64,000 bases of DNA from an uncultured Gemmatimonadota bacterium (GTDB taxonomy: Bacteria; GCA-2686955). Within the stretch, counting starts at the first letter, position 1; each line of letters begins with the position of its first letter. Where the stretch lies: assembly GCA_964490075.1 (NCBI GenBank), contig CAZBBK010000026.1, positions 1 to 64,000 of the forward strand, written 5' to 3'. This document shows positions 61,137 to 64,000 of this stretch, one piece after another. A model generated the notes under the pieces. It did not search any database and was not told the DNA's origin. It was given only the letters and a program-made list of their open reading frames with translations. The translations under genes were made by a program, and so were the position numbers.

Positions 61137-62806
61137 GCTCGAAGACCGGATTGTGGGGATGTCTTGCCCTGGCGGTCGTCCTGGTCCACCGCGCCTTCGG
61201 GCAGGCCCTTCCGCTTCCCGCGCAGGCCGGTGATGACGCGGAAGAGGCTCTGCCCGCCGCTGCGTCATCGGCGTTGCATCCGGCGCCGCCGCCGGGCCTC
61301 GATCCGGCCCTGGCCGGGTCGGTGCGGGCGCGCTACGGCCACCTGCTCCTGGCCCCCGCCACCGAAGACAGCGCGCGCGCCATCCTGGCCTGGGGCAAGC
61401 TGCGCTTCGAAGAGGCCGAGGGGATCTGGGCACGGCTCCATCCCCAGGCCGGCGAGGAGCTGCCCGCCGATCCCGACTCGACCTTCCTGATCGACTACCT
61501 GCGCGGCGTGGAGCTGCTCGAGGCGGCGGAGACGGCGGACGACGCGCGGCAGATGATCCGCCACTACGAGCAGGCGCGCGCCGCCTTCGACGCGGTGCTG
61601 GCGAAGGATGCCCGCAACCGTGAAGCCCGCGACCACCTGGTGCTCTGCCTGGAGCGGCTGGCCGAAGCCTTCGAGTCGGCGACGCTCTACCGCAAGGCGG
61701 CCACCCTCTATCGCAACCTGATCGCCCACCAGGATCGGTCGAGCTGGTACTACCACTTCCGGCTGATGCTGGTGGAGGCGCGGCTGGGGCGCGACTACCA
61801 GGCGCTGGAGACCGGCTACCTGGCCGAGGATCTGCTGCTGCAGCAGGCCGCCGGTCTCCTGCCGGCGCCGGCGAGCGGGGCGTTGGACCGCGCCGAGGCG
61901 CGCCGGGCGCGCGCCACGATCTTGCGCACCCGCTGGGAGATCGAACGCAAGCTCGGCCTCTTCGATGCGCTCCTGATCACCGCCGGGCGGCTGCAGGTTA
62001 CGCAGGGCAGGCGGGAGCGCGGCGCCGATCGCGCGCGAGTGTCGGAGTATCAGCGGGCCATGGCCTGGGATCCGCGCGGCGGTGGGCACGACGCCTTCTA
62101 CCGCCACCTGGAGCTGGTGCGGGCCTACAACGGCGGGCGCCACCAGCAGGCCTACCTGGGCTGGCGAGAGCTGCGCGAGGCGGCCCTCGCCGAGCGTGCC
62201 CGGCTGGTACTCGACTACTACCTGGCGCTGGTGGAGCGCAACCACCTGCAGCAGGGGGGCGAGGCGTTGGGCCGGCTCTACGGCTGGTGGGAGCGCTACC
62301 GCGACCGGCAACGCGACCTGGCGGCGCTCGGGGCCCGCTACCTGAGCAGCGAGGACCATCCCGACGGCACCTACCTGCTGGAGGATTTCGGGGCGGCCTG
62401 CGAGGCGCGCGGGCGCGAGCTGATGGAGAGCGACCGCACCCTGGCGCTGGCCTACTTCGAGCAGTCGAGCCGGGTGCTCTGGTCGCGCCGGGCGGCTGCC
62501 GCCTACAACGCCGCCGCGCTTCTGCCGGAGCAGCACGGCGAGCCCTACCTGCTGCGGGCGCGCCGCGATCTTTTGATCGACCTCGATCCGGAGGGCGGCG
62601 ACGCGGCCGCTCCGCTGGCCGCCGAGCACCGCGACCGACTGCGCGACATCGCGCCGCGGATCTACGAGGATCTGCTCTTGCTGGCGCGGCGCAGCGGCCG
62701 TCACTCCTGGATCGAGCCCTTGCGCGAGGAGCTGGCGCAAATCCGGGCCGAGGGGCACGCGGCGCGGCGCTTCGATCCGCCGATTCCGGCGCGAGGGGAG
62801 TCGTGA
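61133..62806 (+). CDS. Secreted helical/TPR-like protein
   Basis: Signal peptide, alpha-solenoid-like Leu/Ala/Tyr pattern and ATGA coupling. Confidence 0.7.
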   Translation: MSSKTGLWGCLALAVVLVHRAFGQALPLPAQAGDDAEEALPAAASSALHPAPPPGLDPALAGSVRARYGHLLLAPATEDSARAILAWGKLRFEEAEGIWARLHPQAGEELPADPDSTFLIDYLRGVELLEAAETADDARQMIRHYEQARAAFDAVLAKDARNREARDHLVLCLERLAEAFESATLYRKAATLYRNLIAHQDRSSWYYHFRLMLVEARLGRDYQALETGYLAEDLLLQQAAGLLPAPASGALDRAEARRARATILRTRWEIERKLGLFDALLITAGRLQVTQGRRERGADRARVSEYQRAMAWDPRGGGHDAFYRHLELVRAYNGGRHQQAYLGWRELREAALAERARLVLDYYLALVERNHLQQGGEALGRLYGWWERYRDRQRDLAALGARYLSSEDHPDGTYLLEDFGAACEARGRELMESDRTLALAYFEQSSRVLWSRRAAAAYNAAALLPEQHGEPYLLRARRDLLIDLDPEGGDAAAPLAAEHRDRLRDIAPRIYEDLLLLARRSGRHSWIEPLREELAQIRAEGHAARRFDPPIPARGES

Positions 62807-63564
62807 GGCGGCGGCGGGCGGAGGCGGCGGCGGGCGCGCTGCTGGCCGGGGCGCTGTCCGGCGCCGCGGCGCCGGCCGAGGAGCAGGCTCGGCTCGAGCC
62901 GGCCATCGTGAACCGCGCGTCGGTCTCTGGGCAGGCCCAGATCGGCCGTCTGCTGGAGGCTCTCGACCTGGTCTCGGTCGATCCCGCGGCGGTCGAGCGG
63001 ATCGACGTCTACGACCTGACCCGCAACGGCTTCGGGGCGGGGGACGTGGTCCATGTCCACCCCACCGAGGAGCTGCGGGTGCTGGTCCACGTCGGCGCCG
63101 AGATGCGCGCCGAGATGGAGCGCTGGAGCGGCGGGGCGCAGCGCGAGCAGCATTTTTCGCCGCGCGTCGAGCCCGATTCGCTGGAGGCGCTGCGCGATCC
63201 GCGCGCGGCGATCGCCGCCGGTACGATGCGCGCGGTGGAGCGCAACTACGGCCGCGGTCAGCCCTTCGGCCTGCTCTTGACCTCCGACGGCGAGGAGCGG
63301 GCGGTGTTCGAGATGTGGGGCTACCGGCCCGACTCGCTGCACTATCGGCCTCCGGCCGCCGGCGCCGGGCGGGCGTCGTACGACCTGGTCGACGTGGTGC
63401 GGCGCCAGACCGAGGTGATCGCCGACCGCGTCGCCTACGACCTGCTCTACATCCACGCCACCTCGACCGACACCCTCTTCCTGCCGGCGCCGCCCGACGC
63501 GGCCGAGGAGGCGGACGATGAGGGCGGATTCCTGCACCCGGCCGGAGCCGGTGATGCGCCCTGA
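62803..63564 (+). CDS. Secreted hypothetical protein
   Basis: GTGA coupling, signal peptide, and a globular region with DVYDLTRNGFGAGDVV. Confidence 0.7.
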   Translation: MRRRRAEAAAGALLAGALSGAAAPAEEQARLEPAIVNRASVSGQAQIGRLLEALDLVSVDPAAVERIDVYDLTRNGFGAGDVVHVHPTEELRVLVHVGAEMRAEMERWSGGAQREQHFSPRVEPDSLEALRDPRAAIAAGTMRAVERNYGRGQPFGLLLTSDGEERAVFEMWGYRPDSLHYRPPAAGAGRASYDLVDVVRRQTEVIADRVAYDLLYIHATSTDTLFLPAPPDAAEEADDEGGFLHPAGAGDAP

Positions 63565-64000
63565 GTGGTTGCTGCCGGCGGCAGCGATCCTGGCGGGCGG
63601 CGCGGCGCGTGCGGCGGCGATCGTGCTGGTGCCCTTGACGCCGACCCGCGCCCTGGTAGCGGGGGCGCCGGGGGCGGCGATCGAGGTGCGCTGGGAGGGG
63701 GAGCGGGAGTGGCGGCCGCTGGTGGAGCCGCGGACACGCTACGCGGTGGTCGAGCGCGAGTCGCGCTGGCGCGGCGGCGAGCTGCGCGACGCGGCGGGGG
63801 GCGCGGCGCGGCGCTGGGAGCCGGGGCCGCTCTTCGAGGAGTGGGCGCCGGTGCCGGTGTCCGGCGGCGTGCTCCTGGTGCAGACCACCGAGGTCTCTAA
63901 CCGCCACTGGGCCGCCTTCCTGGAGGCGACTGGCCGCGAGCCGCCGCCCGATCCGGGCTTTCCCGGCATGCGCGGCTACCTGGAGCATTTCCCGGAGCAT
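63554..64000 (+). CDS. FGE-sulfatase/SUMF1 (GldK/GldJ-like domain) protein, truncated by the window end
   Basis: Open frame from ATG 63554 with a signal peptide, then QTTEVSNRHWAAFLEATG..YLEHFPEH. Confidence 0.7.
   Translation, partial: MRPEWLLPAAAILAGGAARAAAIVLVPLTPTRALVAGAPGAAIEVRWEGEREWRPLVEPRTRYAVVERESRWRGGELRDAAGGAARRWEPGPLFEEWAPVPVSGGVLLVQTTEVSNRHWAAFLEATGREPPPDPGFPGMRGYLEHFPEH

Overview
High-GC bacterial genomic window. A type IX-style C-terminal domain, a PorP/SprF-like barrel and DUF4837/DUF5916 proteins suggest an FCB-group or candidate-phylum organism (inference). It contains housekeeping genes (acyl-CoA dehydrogenase, typA, gpmI, pepA, pcm, and tRNA-Lys, -His and -Glu), many secreted hydrolase and repeat proteins, and two nucleotidyltransferase-type toxin-antitoxin pairs. 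It also has an ECF sigma / anti-sigma / dead-HtrA operon, a TetR-sulfatase-heparinase-SulP locus with three visible operators, an archaeal-type HMG-CoA synthase / thiolase / DUF35 operon, and several decayed or chimeric genes. Two loci stand out. (1) A ~1.3 kb cassette (47454-48818) lies between two identical 27-bp palindromic repeats and carries a sigma70 promoter, a ~80-nt structured RNA with a terminator and a DUF3800 (RNase H-like) gene, a layout resembling an RNA-antitoxin/defence module. (2) A tightly coupled operon (52222 to beyond the window end) combines a type-B T9SS-CTD adhesin and a PorP/SprF-like protein with an ExbB/ExbD/ExbD/TonB-like motor, TPR proteins and an FGE-sulfatase (GldK/J-like domain) protein, a candidate non-canonical secretion, adhesion or motility apparatus. 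All family assignments come from reading motifs by eye, not from database searches.
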